From a virus: a DNA stretch of 64,000 nt. The position numbers were made by a program, and so were the translations under genes. Numbering within the stretch: position 1 is the first letter of the stretch; each line of letters opens with the position of its first letter. The DNA lies in the IMG/VR virus record IMGVR_UViG_3300028536_000015, positions 1 to 64,000 of that record; one strand, 5' to 3'. Of the stretch, positions 8,225 through 17,706 are shown one piece after another. The notes beneath the pieces were generated by a model. That model worked only from the letters and a program-made list of their open reading frames with translations, was not told the origin of the DNA and did no database searches.

Positions 8225-9139
8225 TCATGAAGTCGGGAAGGAGCCCCAAATGCTTCTCCAGTCGAAAAAGCCAAATGAGTAGCGCTGGTAACCCTTGACA
8301 AGGAGGTTATCTGTTGTAAATTCGACACTCATATCCATCTCATAAGGCTTGCGGTTCATGAAGATCAAGCCGTCGATGTTCGTAGTAATGAACCATGCGA
8401 ACGAGCTGGTCAGGTAGTCATTGACGATGAACCCTTCCTTGAAGGAGTCGTTCATGTCCTTGATAGCATTGATATCGTTCGTGGCAGTGCCGGGACGTAG
8501 CTCGCTGCGATAAAGACGGAGCGCAACGGGTTCCAATGCTACCGGGATGATGGTCTTCTTGGCGCGGGCGTAAATCTTCAGAGCCGCGTTGTCTCTCCAG
8601 GTAGACCTGATCTGAATACCCGCGTTCAGAAGTGAAGTCTCATTAAGATCGACCGCAACGCTCGGAGTGTTCGCAATCGTGGTTCCGTCGATCGGATGGT
8701 TTGGATCGAATAGGGCCTTGCCGTCGCCACCGACCGAAGGATTGTAAGTGGTGCCGCTATTCAGAACGTTCGCGGCGTAGATTTCTTCGGTCTGCGCAAA
8801 GGAGAACATCAGACCATCATTCGACGGTCCAAACTCTGACTTGTACAGATTGTCATCAATGGCCTTGCGTGTGATCGCGTAGCCAAGCCCGATCTCGTTG
8901 TGCTCTTGGTTGTAGACGAAGCGCTCACCAGCCGCATTGTCGAAGGAGGTCGGGCCGCCCTCCTGCTTCAACTGGGCAAGACCCAGATAACGCATAGAAG
9001 CGCGACGTTCGACCGCGTATTGCGAATTCGTCTGCTTGAAAATCTGAGGCCACTGACGCGGGATTTGATCGTATTTACCCGATATACCCCATAATCCTGG
9101 CAAAAGGAGGTCGCGGATTTGACTGAGTGCTACGGGCAT
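8225..9139 (-). CDS. Major capsid protein
   Basis: 304 aa; LGYAITRKAIDDNLY, GGDGKALF...HP and YQRYSFGFFDWR motifs; position after the scaffold. Confidence 0.85.
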   Translation of the reverse strand: MPVALSQIRDLLLPGLWGISGKYDQIPRQWPQIFKQTNSQYAVERRASMRYLGLAQLKQEGGPTSFDNAAGERFVYNQEHNEIGLGYAITRKAIDDNLYKSEFGPSNDGLMFSFAQTEEIYAANVLNSGTTYNPSVGGDGKALFDPNHPIDGTTIANTPSVAVDLNETSLLNAGIQIRSTWRDNAALKIYARAKKTIIPVALEPVALRLYRSELRPGTATNDINAIKDMNDSFKEGFIVNDYLTSSFAWFITTNIDGLIFMNRKPYEMDMSVEFTTDNLLVKGYQRYSFGFFDWRSIWGSFPTS

Positions 9140-9152
9140 AGAGACCTACTCC

Positions 9153-9776
9153 TTAGATGCCGGTCAGGTTAGATCGGTCGAAGTTATTCGGAGCGACCAC
9201 AAGGATATTGCCGGCACTGGTGTTATCAGTGCCGTTAACGCCCGGAGGTGCGTAGTTCGAATAAAAATCGTAGATACGGAAGGGAAGAGAAGAGCCGGTA
9301 ACCACCACACCAGAGGAGGGGTTCAGAGATACGTTGGATACTCCGCTCAAAGTGTTCCCTAGCGAGGAAACAGCAGCAGTAAATCCAATGTTCAAACCAA
9401 TCTGGCTGGCCGAAAGAGTGGCGACCGTCGAGCACTGCGCAATGTAGAGCATCTCTGTATCAGTGCAGCACCAGCCCTTTACGTCGTTGGTGCCCGACGT
9501 GGTCGCGACCGATCCTGGGAAATATGGCGAGAACACAATGCGGTTCACAGACGCGTTGTAATATTCGCAGCCCATGAAGATGCCGCGAATTTGCTGAGTA
9601 CCGGAAGCCGGTAGGGTTACATAAGGACCGGTGGTCGAAGTCGCGATCGGATCACCAGTGAAGTACAAATTGGGATCGGACGACGCGATGACTACGGTCT
9701 CAAAGCCCGCAGTCGGGGCGCCACCGTCAAGGCGGCGAAGCTGACGAAAACCAAAGGGCGCTGGGGTATTTGCCAT
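9153..9776 (-). CDS. Capsid-associated (decoration/cement-like) protein
   Basis: MANTPAPFGFR N-terminus typical of the gene preceding the MCP; strong RBS. Confidence 0.65.
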   Translation of the reverse strand: MANTPAPFGFRQLRRLDGGAPTAGFETVVIASSDPNLYFTGDPIATSTTGPYVTLPASGTQQIRGIFMGCEYYNASVNRIVFSPYFPGSVATTSGTNDVKGWCCTDTEMLYIAQCSTVATLSASQIGLNIGFTAAVSSLGNTLSGVSNVSLNPSSGVVVTGSSLPFRIYDFYSNYAPPGVNGTDNTSAGNILVVAPNNFDRSNLTGI

Positions 9777-9926
9777 TTTGCGATAGCTCCTTTTGCGTAT
9801 CCAGGACCATCCTGGTTACGTCAAACGTCAGAAAGCGATCAACGCTTTTCCGACAGAGCCATCACGGCGCGTGATGGTGGTGGTTTTGGCAGCGCGCCAA
9901 GCCCGATATCGAGCTGTAATTCGTCA

Positions 9927-9955
9927 CACTTACGACAGAATTATATTACCGTCAA
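9927..9955 (-). promoter_or_regulatory. Candidate promoter for the capsid genes, followed by a structured leader
   Basis: TTGACG, N17, TAAGTG; several hairpins at 9796-9900. Confidence 0.4.
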
Positions 9956-10116
9956 GCCTTGTTGCGTTTAAATAGCTCGCACCAATAGCTTTTTTCGATC
10001 TCTCCAATAACTAACGTACACTTCCCTCCAGGGATATAATGAGCGCAGATACCGCAATGCGCCTTCCTCATTCCCTGGGAGTAATCAACATCATCCTTAT
10101 GATGGGTCGGCTTCAT
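9952..10116 (-). CDS. HiPIP-like [4Fe-4S] protein (54 aa)
   Basis: Own translation MKPTHHKDDVDYSQGMRKAHCGICAHYIPGGKCTLVIGEIEKSYWCELFKRNKA; C-x2-C-x8-C-x11-WC. Confidence 0.6.
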   Translation of the reverse strand: MKPTHHKDDVDYSQGMRKAHCGICAHYIPGGKCTLVIGEIEKSYWCELFKRNKA

Positions 10117-10118
10117 TA

Positions 10119-10649
10119 TTATTCTTCAGGAACCCTCAAAAGAGGCTCATAGCTCTTGTTGATCTTATTGGAGTTGAGCGCAGTGCGATGCTGGCCATCT
10201 AGTGTTACGTTAACATCACCGCCACGAAGCTGCTGTTCCTTGATCCAGACCTGTTCGCGGGCCTTCTTCTTGTCGTGCGCCAGCGCCATTTTGGTATATT
10301 CAGCAGGTCGCTCCATCAGAACAAGACCCTCGACATTGATCTCGCCCTCATAGCCCTTGGGCATCCAAACGCCATCGTGGCGCCTGGATGGAACCGGCAT
10401 CCAGCCCTTGCGCTCGAACCGAGCCCGGCGCTGAGGTTGGTGCTGGCCGAAGATACTATCCGTGACCCACTGGTAGGTCATGCCGTCCGGGATCATCTCA
10501 GGACCAACCTTGAGCCGATCTTCATCTTCATCAACCACGTAAACGAAGTCATCCGGAAGACGAGAAGTGGCCTTCGGGCGAAGGTCGATCTTCTCCTTGT
10601 TCTTGGCTCCAGGAGGCCGACCGCGACGCTTGGGTTCTTCAGTTGTCAT
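10119..10649 (-). CDS. Conserved head-module protein
   Basis: IPDGMTYQWV, GWMPVP and GLVLMERP motifs. Confidence 0.7.
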   Translation of the reverse strand: MTTEEPKRRGRPPGAKNKEKIDLRPKATSRLPDDFVYVVDEDEDRLKVGPEMIPDGMTYQWVTDSIFGQHQPQRRARFERKGWMPVPSRRHDGVWMPKGYEGEINVEGLVLMERPAEYTKMALAHDKKKAREQVWIKEQQLRGGDVNVTLDGQHRTALNSNKINKSYEPLLRVPEE

Positions 10650-11715
10650 AGTAGCCTTCTTCCTTCATCTCATTAAGGCGCATCAGGTTCCGGGCGTACT
10701 CTTGTGGAGAGATGCCTGAAATCGCCGCTGCTTCCTGCTGCTTGATGCTCAGCTTGATCTTCGAGGAACTGGGCTTGCCGCTATTGGTCGGAGCATCCCT
10801 GGATACTGGTGCTGACACTAGCGTTCTCCTTGCGGTCTGACGGCGGGAGACGGGCTCGCTCTCCTCCTCGTCATCTTCATCGATCTCTTCCTCAGTCTCT
10901 GAGTAGCCAAGGCGATCTTCCAAGTACTGAAAATACTTCTTCGACCCAGGAGTAAATCCCTTATCTTCCGCTTCCACATGGGCACCTTGAAGCCTCATAT
11001 TTTTGCGTTGATCGGTCCAGGCGTCTGGATGAGTTTTCAGCCATTCCTTCTGGCTTGGCAGCAAGGCTGAATTAGCGTCAATCTGTTGTTCCACGCTAAG
11101 ACGCTGCGCAGGAGGAGGATTGCGCTTTAGTTCCTCAGCCTTGGCGACAGCATTGGCTTTTCGTTGCTCAAGGATATTCTTGCCATCCTCAAGCTGGATG
11201 ATCTTGGCCTCAGCCCTGGCAATACGCTTCTGGGCATCCGTGGCGGCCCTATGATCACCATTTGTGAGGGCGCCCTCAAGATCGCGCTGTGCCCCTTCGG
11301 ACTCGCTCTCAGCCGCGCCCATGGCGGTCAGGACTGATTGATACTCCGCTTCTTCGGCGCGCGTGAGATAACCACTCGACTCGCGCTGGGCTTCCTGGAG
11401 ACGGGTCTGGGCTTCGGCCTGCTGCCTCTGGGTCTCGATCTGAACCTTGCGGCCTTCTTCGATCGCAGCCCGCATATCCTCAAGTTGCTTCTTGAGATCG
11501 CTGGTTTCGGCGACACGAGCTTCCTCTTCCGCCTTCTTATGACGGCGATACTCGCGAGCGGCTTCTTTCTTGGACTCTTTTTGAGCGTCCGTATCCGTAG
11601 CAAGTTCCGCAAAAGAGTCCGCAGGATTACTCTCTTCGGTAACTACGGGATCATAGTCGATCTCCACCTCAACATCCTGAGGCTCTTTGTCTCTCGGAGG
11701 CTTAATGCGGGGCAT
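10639..11715 (-). CDS. Scaffolding protein
   Basis: Acidic coiled coil; C-terminal helix AAISGISPQEYARN; lies between portal and MCP. Confidence 0.7.
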   Translation of the reverse strand: MPRIKPPRDKEPQDVEVEIDYDPVVTEESNPADSFAELATDTDAQKESKKEAAREYRRHKKAEEEARVAETSDLKKQLEDMRAAIEEGRKVQIETQRQQAEAQTRLQEAQRESSGYLTRAEEAEYQSVLTAMGAAESESEGAQRDLEGALTNGDHRAATDAQKRIARAEAKIIQLEDGKNILEQRKANAVAKAEELKRNPPPAQRLSVEQQIDANSALLPSQKEWLKTHPDAWTDQRKNMRLQGAHVEAEDKGFTPGSKKYFQYLEDRLGYSETEEEIDEDDEEESEPVSRRQTARRTLVSAPVSRDAPTNSGKPSSSKIKLSIKQQEAAAISGISPQEYARNLMRLNEMKEEGYYDN

Positions 11716-12134
11716 TAGTAAACCATCTCCGGTCTGGGAATGATCAGTTTGACGCTGGTATCGACCAGCATTCTACAGGGGCGCTCACCGACTTTAAGCT
11801 GCCATCCATCCCCTGGACGGAAGACAACCCAATCGCCAATCTGGGCGCGCTGCTCGCCGAACTCCATGTCAGCGGTACTCACAAAAGCAGCGGGACCGCA
11901 TTTCAGGACCAATCCAACCTTGCCCTGATAGTCATCTTCCTTGCGGGTATTGTCCGTCAGAATGATGCCGCCCTTGGTCTTTTCGGGACGCTTCCAGATA
12001 CCTACGAGTATCTGATTATACATCACGTCAACTTCAGAGATGTCACCGACTTCATTGAATATCTGAAATTTATCTTCCTCATCGGGGTGATAAGGAGGAG
12101 GAGCGGCGGCGACCCAAGCTCTAACTTTCCCCAT
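11715..12134 (-). CDS. groES: GroES-like co-chaperonin
   Basis: EKTKGGIILTD mobile loop; GLVLKCGP; IGDWVVF. Confidence 0.85.
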   Translation of the reverse strand: MGKVRAWVAAAPPPYHPDEEDKFQIFNEVGDISEVDVMYNQILVGIWKRPEKTKGGIILTDNTRKEDDYQGKVGLVLKCGPAAFVSTADMEFGEQRAQIGDWVVFRPGDGWQLKVGERPCRMLVDTSVKLIIPRPEMVY

Positions 12135-12143
12135 TTTGTACCT

Positions 12144-12326
12144 TTACGTCCTCATGATCTCATCATCGATCTGTTCGCAGATAGCGATAACATCTCGGAT
12201 GCACTGAAAGTATCCCATCTGTCTCATATAATCATCTTGTGTCAAGACAGTCTGGGTAATAACTTCCGTTCTAGTTCTCTTTAACTCATCTAAACGTTTG
12301 AATAGCTCATTCTCAAAGTTGTTCAC
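12144..12326 (-). CDS. Small hypothetical protein
   Basis: 60 aa helical ORF between portal and GroES. Confidence 0.6.
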   Translation of the reverse strand: MNNFENELFKRLDELKRTRTEVITQTVLTQDDYMRQMGYFQCIRDVIAICEQIDDEIMRT

Positions 12327-12784
12327 TTTGACTTCTTCCCAGCCTGTTGAAGACGGGCAACTCCTGTTGCTTGACCAGCATCAGGAATGCGACCGCCAGA
12401 GGCACGCTTAATACCTCCTCCACGCTTCTGCATGGGCATCCCAGGCATGCCTCCTCCAGGAGGAGGAGCGCCCAGGGGAGATGCCGGGGCTGGCGAGGGG
12501 GAGGGCATACCAGCCCCGGCTTGCATCGCGGCCATATCGTCCGGAGAGGGAGTCGCCGGGGGAAGACCGCGAGCAATCGATGATTTATGCTTTCCACTAT
12601 GATGCTTGGCACGACCACCACGCGCCAAGGCATGAGGATGATCCTTGATCTCCATCACGTCGGAATGAGAACTGTCTACGTGACCGTATCCCTTCGTATC
12701 AAGATTCTTGACGGAGCCACCCTTATGGATGGAGCCCATCTTGCTCTTGCCAGATTTATGCGCTTGGTGCTTGAAGGGATGCAT
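12323..12784 (-). CDS. Basic Pro/His-rich protein with GG motifs
   Basis: HKGGS, ARGGR, KRGGG and ASGGR. Confidence 0.6.
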   Translation of the reverse strand: MHPFKHQAHKSGKSKMGSIHKGGSVKNLDTKGYGHVDSSHSDVMEIKDHPHALARGGRAKHHSGKHKSSIARGLPPATPSPDDMAAMQAGAGMPSPSPAPASPLGAPPPGGGMPGMPMQKRGGGIKRASGGRIPDAGQATGVARLQQAGKKSK

Positions 12785-13001
12785 GTTTCATAACCTCTTT
12801 AACAGCGTTAATGGGTTGGCTATCGCCGTGCAGTTGATCCCCAACAAACCATTTCAGGTGAACTTCTTGTTGGTCGCAGCCTACAACCGTCATGTCAGGG
12901 CTGCCGCTTTTCAATTGGACTATATCACCAGCTTTATACCTTGGGGCGAATTTTGTAAAAACCAGAAGGTTAGTTCCCAGCACTTCTTTAACTTCGGCCA
13001 T
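12756..13001 (-). CDS. YodC/DUF2158 family protein
   Basis: GDIVQLKSGSPDMTV ... WF motif. Confidence 0.75.
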   Translation of the reverse strand: MAEVKEVLGTNLLVFTKFAPRYKAGDIVQLKSGSPDMTVVGCDQQEVHLKWFVGDQLHGDSQPINAVKEVMKHASLQAPSA

Positions 13002-13003
13002 AA

Positions 13004-15631
13004 TCAGTCTCCCTTTGATGCAGGCTTAGGCTTGGCTTTAATTGCTTCTATCTTAGCGTCATTGTTCATGCCCGCAATGTGCGCTTTGTTGGCCTCTTGA
13101 AGCGTGGCCATATGCGCCTCATGGGCATGATCGCGCGCCTGCTGAATATGATCAGATTGAATGGATTGCAGATGTTGGTTCTGATCCGATTGTAATTCCT
13201 GCTGATGCTGATGATGTTGCATCAAGAGTTGGACCGCATTCTGCATGGTCTCCTGGCCACCGCTGTCATCCTGACTATGGATAAGGCGCTCTTCCAGAAG
13301 CTTAAGACGCTCCAGAACGATCTTCATCTGCTCTACACGCTCGCGTGAGGCACGATCAGCCGCCTTGTCCTGAGAGGACATCTTCTGGATTTCCATCTTG
13401 AGCTGCATCTGCATAATATTGGATTGCTGAGCTTGCTGATTGGCCTGCTGTTTGGCCTGCGCGGCAACCATGCCTGGATCAGGCGGGGCAGGTGCAGGCG
13501 TGGCGCGGAACAGTCCCTGTGGGTCTATGCCAGCAATCCGCATGGTGCGGACATCAACTGCAATCGGGTCATAAAGAGCTGGCTTGGCAGCAGAAAGAGT
13601 CTGGATGACCGCAGCCTTCGCGATCCTGTGCATGCTGGTTGGATTGTTCGGATCGGCTACGGGAACAAGATTAGCGTCATTGAGCGCTTTGAGGAATTGC
13701 TGCTTCTTCCACGGCATCGCCGGGTGGTTATTGAAACGCCAAAAGGCTTCCGGGTCTTCCTTAAAACGCTCCTTAAGAAGCTTGAACTCGCGCAATTGGG
13801 CGTCGTGTAACCTTTTGTGAACCGCATCCATTACTTTCGTTGCCTGCTCGATCAGAGCCAAGGTGGTTCCAACCGGAGCGTCTTGCTTGCCCTCACCGAT
13901 ATTCACATCAGCAGCGCCACCTGCCCGCTGTCCGACTTCTTCCACATGCTGAATGAACTGAACAAAGGCAGCACCGACATCCTTGTACGGCATCGGCATC
14001 ACGGCCTGACCGATCGGCATGCCGCCGGTATCCAAACCAATTCCAGTACCCGGAGCCACGCGGAATTGGTTGGTTAGCTGCCGTCCGAATTGCTTCTGAT
14101 AGACGAACCCAGGGAAGTTCGCGAACATGCCCGCATCGAGGATTTCTCGCCATGCTGCCGTCAAAGCCGCCGTGGTGTTACCCAGGATGTTGATAAGACC
14201 GATGCCATAGAAGCCCATGGCGTTTACGAAGGGGAAACTTACGAAGTACTCTTTCGCGATAGCGAGCTTGTCTTTTTCTTCCCAATTGCGCCGTACCTGA
14301 AGGACCTTGCGGCTTTCTTTGTGGATCGTGACCACATAGGGAACGTGTAGACCGGTCACCTTGCCTTTATTTTTGTGCTCGAAACCATCGATATCAAGCT
14401 CGCAATAGCACTCGTAAATCTCATGCTCGGCATCCTGGGGGCGCTGGGCCAGAGGCACGACACCCGTTATTTCGTTCTTGATCTGATCGACAGGAGAGGG
14501 CTGAAGATAAGAGGGAGCGGGCATGATATCCGTATCACGATAAGCTCCGACAATCTGCATCAGCTTAAGCGTTCTGGGACGCATCTTGATGATGTGCGTA
14601 ATGCGACCGCAGTTATCCAAATCAGTCGCTGAATTGTTAACGACAAGGTCTTCAGCATTAACACTTTCCGATACGGGTCTACGTCTCAAAGGACAGTTAT
14701 AGACCTTCTTAAATCCCTGGCCGCCAGCGCCAACCCAAAACAGCATGCGATCCGTATCGGGCACGTATTCAGTCGCGACCGCTGTCAGATAGTGATTGAA
14801 GTCTGTTTCGAGCGCCATGGCCAGTTCGTCCGCTGGGTCATTTTGACCATCGGGAATAGCCGGTGACGGGGGCTGCATCATGCCAGTCGGCGCCGCAGAC
14901 GGTGGGGACGGCGGCGCCGATCCTTCAGGGGCGGGCATGCTCGGTGGAGGTGCCGGGGGTCCCGGAGGTGCAGGAGGAGGGGGAGTCCCAGGCGCTGGCG
15001 GCCCTTGCACTGGCTGGCCTTGCAAGGGATTTCCCATCGGTGGACCGCCATTATGTCCCATTTGAGGCGGGGGAGCTGGTGGAGGCGTCGGAGGAGCTTG
15101 CGGCACTGCCTGCTTCGGTCCGAGCGTATTATCGTTCCGAACCTTAACAGGGCCGCCAGCAGGAAGCAGTTCGCCACGGGCATTTGCCTGAAATCTCAAT
15201 ACCGTATCGGCGAGAAGAGGATGCCTGACCTTGGAAATGCCGCCATCGGTACTCACCTCACCGGTCGGGATTTCGAGCTTAAACCCAAGCAGTTCGATCC
15301 CACGCGCGCGCGTTTCTAGCCAGTCCTTGCGTGATTGGATGTCGATTTCGACACCTTCAAGTATCTCGGTAGCGATGCGCTGAAGCTCGCCTTCATCGAT
15401 ATCATCTGCAAGGTTTCTATAAAAATCGTTCTTATCGTCCTCATTTTCGACAGATTTCGGTGCAAAATCGAAGGTAATGGAACCGTCTGAGTTCTTGGTT
15501 TGCTGAACGCCATTCGTAGGTTTCGACTGATCATCCTGGTTGAAATGACTCAAATCCAAAGTAATCGGAGAGGCAAAGGGATTGCCTCCAGGAGGTTGGG
15601 TAACATTTAGCGGGTCTAAGTGATTTGCCAT
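13004..15631 (-). CDS. Portal protein with a Pro-rich insertion
   Basis: 875 aa after TerL; HPLLADTVLRFQANARGELLPAGGPVK and GFYGIGLI; coiled-coil C-terminus. Confidence 0.85.
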   Translation of the reverse strand: MANHLDPLNVTQPPGGNPFASPITLDLSHFNQDDQSKPTNGVQQTKNSDGSITFDFAPKSVENEDDKNDFYRNLADDIDEGELQRIATEILEGVEIDIQSRKDWLETRARGIELLGFKLEIPTGEVSTDGGISKVRHPLLADTVLRFQANARGELLPAGGPVKVRNDNTLGPKQAVPQAPPTPPPAPPPQMGHNGGPPMGNPLQGQPVQGPPAPGTPPPPAPPGPPAPPPSMPAPEGSAPPSPPSAAPTGMMQPPSPAIPDGQNDPADELAMALETDFNHYLTAVATEYVPDTDRMLFWVGAGGQGFKKVYNCPLRRRPVSESVNAEDLVVNNSATDLDNCGRITHIIKMRPRTLKLMQIVGAYRDTDIMPAPSYLQPSPVDQIKNEITGVVPLAQRPQDAEHEIYECYCELDIDGFEHKNKGKVTGLHVPYVVTIHKESRKVLQVRRNWEEKDKLAIAKEYFVSFPFVNAMGFYGIGLINILGNTTAALTAAWREILDAGMFANFPGFVYQKQFGRQLTNQFRVAPGTGIGLDTGGMPIGQAVMPMPYKDVGAAFVQFIQHVEEVGQRAGGAADVNIGEGKQDAPVGTTLALIEQATKVMDAVHKRLHDAQLREFKLLKERFKEDPEAFWRFNNHPAMPWKKQQFLKALNDANLVPVADPNNPTSMHRIAKAAVIQTLSAAKPALYDPIAVDVRTMRIAGIDPQGLFRATPAPAPPDPGMVAAQAKQQANQQAQQSNIMQMQLKMEIQKMSSQDKAADRASRERVEQMKIVLERLKLLEERLIHSQDDSGGQETMQNAVQLLMQHHQHQQELQSDQNQHLQSIQSDHIQQARDHAHEAHMATLQEANKAHIAGMNNDAKIEAIKAKPKPASKGD

Positions 15632-15640
15632 TAAATAGCC

Positions 15641-17245
15641 TTAGCAAGGATATAAAACTGGTAGTCTTCTTCGGTATTTTAGCAATTCTTCCTCTTCGTA
15701 CTCCGTCTCCTCCTTACGGAGCACAAATCCCATGTCGCGTAAATACCTTAGCGCCTGGGTAGTTGAATCAACCAAGTCATCGTGAGGTGCCTTTGGAAAC
15801 GTAGCACACTGATCGATTACTTTGGTGGCCCAGTCCACATCTGGCGCATAGACCATTCCTTCCGAGAAGATGTGCACAATACTATGGGCGCGAGCGACTT
15901 TATCTCCCTTGCGGGTGGGATTGATTAGCTCGACACCGAAGTTCCCAGAGAAGCCCACGATCTTTCTGATTTCCTGTGCTACCGAAATACCGCTGGCTTT
16001 GGCCTCGATGAGTAGCTTATCGACCGGATATCTTGGTTCGCCAAGGTCTATCTTCCGACTATCCCTAGTGCAGCAGTCTATAACACGTTGAACCAGTTCA
16101 GGAAACCCAAGGCGCTCTTCCCAGGCATAAAGCAGGATGACTCTGGGATTTCCGTACTGATCGCGGAAAACGCCCCAAATCGTCAGGGCTGAAGGATCGT
16201 TCTCTTCTTTTTCGGTATAGGCGCTGTCCAACGAGGCAATAATGAACTCGCAACGAGGGTATTCACCGCTTTCCCAGACTTTCCACCAATCCTGCTTGAT
16301 GATGGCGCCGCCGCGCGGTGTCGGGATTTGCTGGTACTGACCGGCCCACGCATAGGGTCCTTTTGCGTGCTCTAGAGCATCAACGCTCTCTTTAGAGAAC
16401 CTCTCTGGCCACGCCAACTCGCCGTCTTGAGTTCTGGGGTCTTCCCAGATGATCTCCTCGCCTTCGTGATTTGTACCAAGAACGGTAACACAGTGTCTGG
16501 TCTCATCATACCGCATAGGTATCATAAGATGGGTATAACCTAGCTCCCTTGAGATCGCGACACCAGACACATCTTCCGCATGAAGTCTCTGTTGAATAAC
16601 AACAATCGCGCTTTCCTGGGGATTATTCAGGCGGTCCGGGACGACTTCCGTGAACCACATATTGGTTGTGGCGCGAACGGCCTCCGACTCCATCAGCATG
16701 GTATTATTGGCATCATCGATGATGAACCTGTCACCACGCTCACCGACGCCGATACCACCGACCGACGTAGCCAACTTCCATCCGGTTTTATCGTTGGCGA
16801 ATTTTACTTTCGTAAATTGGTCGTTGGAGATGCCAAATCGAGACCCCCATAGGCGCTGGTATCGATCGCTCATGACAATATTTCTGCATCGCATATTGTC
16901 TCGTTCTGTCAAGTGGTTAGAATAAGATGCGCAGACGTATCGATACCATGGTTTATTCTGCGGTCCCCACTCATAGGCGGGCCACATGACATCCGTTAAC
17001 AGGGATTTTGTGAACCCAGGCGAGACGTTTATCAGGAGCCGCTTTATATCTCCACGCGTAACCGCTTCCAAATGCTCAGCAATTGCCGAAATAGCCCAGC
17101 CTTTTACGAAGGGGATCGCAGGTTCGACCACAGGCCAAACATACTCCACGAATGAAATGAGGCTTTTTTCGTATACCTCTGCCTCAAGTTTTTCACGAAG
17201 CTTAGCGGTGGCCTTTGCGATGTTGGCAATTCTTGATTGGTCCAT
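15641..17245 (-). CDS. terL: Terminase large subunit
   Basis: LLINVSPGFTKS Walker A, FIIDD Walker B, SLDSAY and HDDLVDSTTQAL nuclease motifs. Confidence 0.93.
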   Translation of the reverse strand: MDQSRIANIAKATAKLREKLEAEVYEKSLISFVEYVWPVVEPAIPFVKGWAISAIAEHLEAVTRGDIKRLLINVSPGFTKSLLTDVMWPAYEWGPQNKPWYRYVCASYSNHLTERDNMRCRNIVMSDRYQRLWGSRFGISNDQFTKVKFANDKTGWKLATSVGGIGVGERGDRFIIDDANNTMLMESEAVRATTNMWFTEVVPDRLNNPQESAIVVIQQRLHAEDVSGVAISRELGYTHLMIPMRYDETRHCVTVLGTNHEGEEIIWEDPRTQDGELAWPERFSKESVDALEHAKGPYAWAGQYQQIPTPRGGAIIKQDWWKVWESGEYPRCEFIIASLDSAYTEKEENDPSALTIWGVFRDQYGNPRVILLYAWEERLGFPELVQRVIDCCTRDSRKIDLGEPRYPVDKLLIEAKASGISVAQEIRKIVGFSGNFGVELINPTRKGDKVARAHSIVHIFSEGMVYAPDVDWATKVIDQCATFPKAPHDDLVDSTTQALRYLRDMGFVLRKEETEYEEEELLKYRRRLPVLYPC

Positions 17246-17493
17246 AAGGGCTTAGCTCCTAAATGGCTAATATCATATTTGCGCCTTAATGTAATGAGAC
17301 AATTTGGGTATGAGAAAGAACGCGCTTTGGCCCATGGGCATCGTTGGTCTCGGAATACTTGCGCTTGGGTTACTTGGGGCAGCGGGCTTCTTTCATGCGC
17401 CTAAATCATTCCTTCAAGCACCTGCGCTCTGGTCTGATGTCTGTGTCAAGACGGATGCCTGTAAGCCTTTGCAATCCCCCAAGATGGTGAGCC

Positions 17494-17688
17494 ATGAAAA
17501 AACAGGAACTAGAAGCGCTGTACGAGCAGATCGAAGTGCTGGAGCGAGTACGAAAGGCACAGGGGGAATTCGACGCAAACTCAAAAACCATCCTCATGCT
17601 GTTATCGACGGTACGCGAACTTGTAATCCATGCCATCGAGGAACAAAGCCGGGTGTCAAAACTCATCCGGTCCAAACCCAAAGGCTAG
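17494..17688 (+). CDS. Small coiled-coil hypothetical protein
   Basis: 64 aa helical ORF ending just before the next RBS. Confidence 0.45.
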   Translation: MKKQELEALYEQIEVLERVRKAQGEFDANSKTILMLLSTVRELVIHAIEEQSRVSKLIRSKPKG

Positions 17689-17706
17689 AATAACGAGAGG
17701 GAAACC

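Noticed and set aside
17304-17693. 129-aa membrane ORF
   Set aside because: TTG start without a clear RBS, and its 3' half overlaps the more protein-like ORF 17494-17688; left uncalled.
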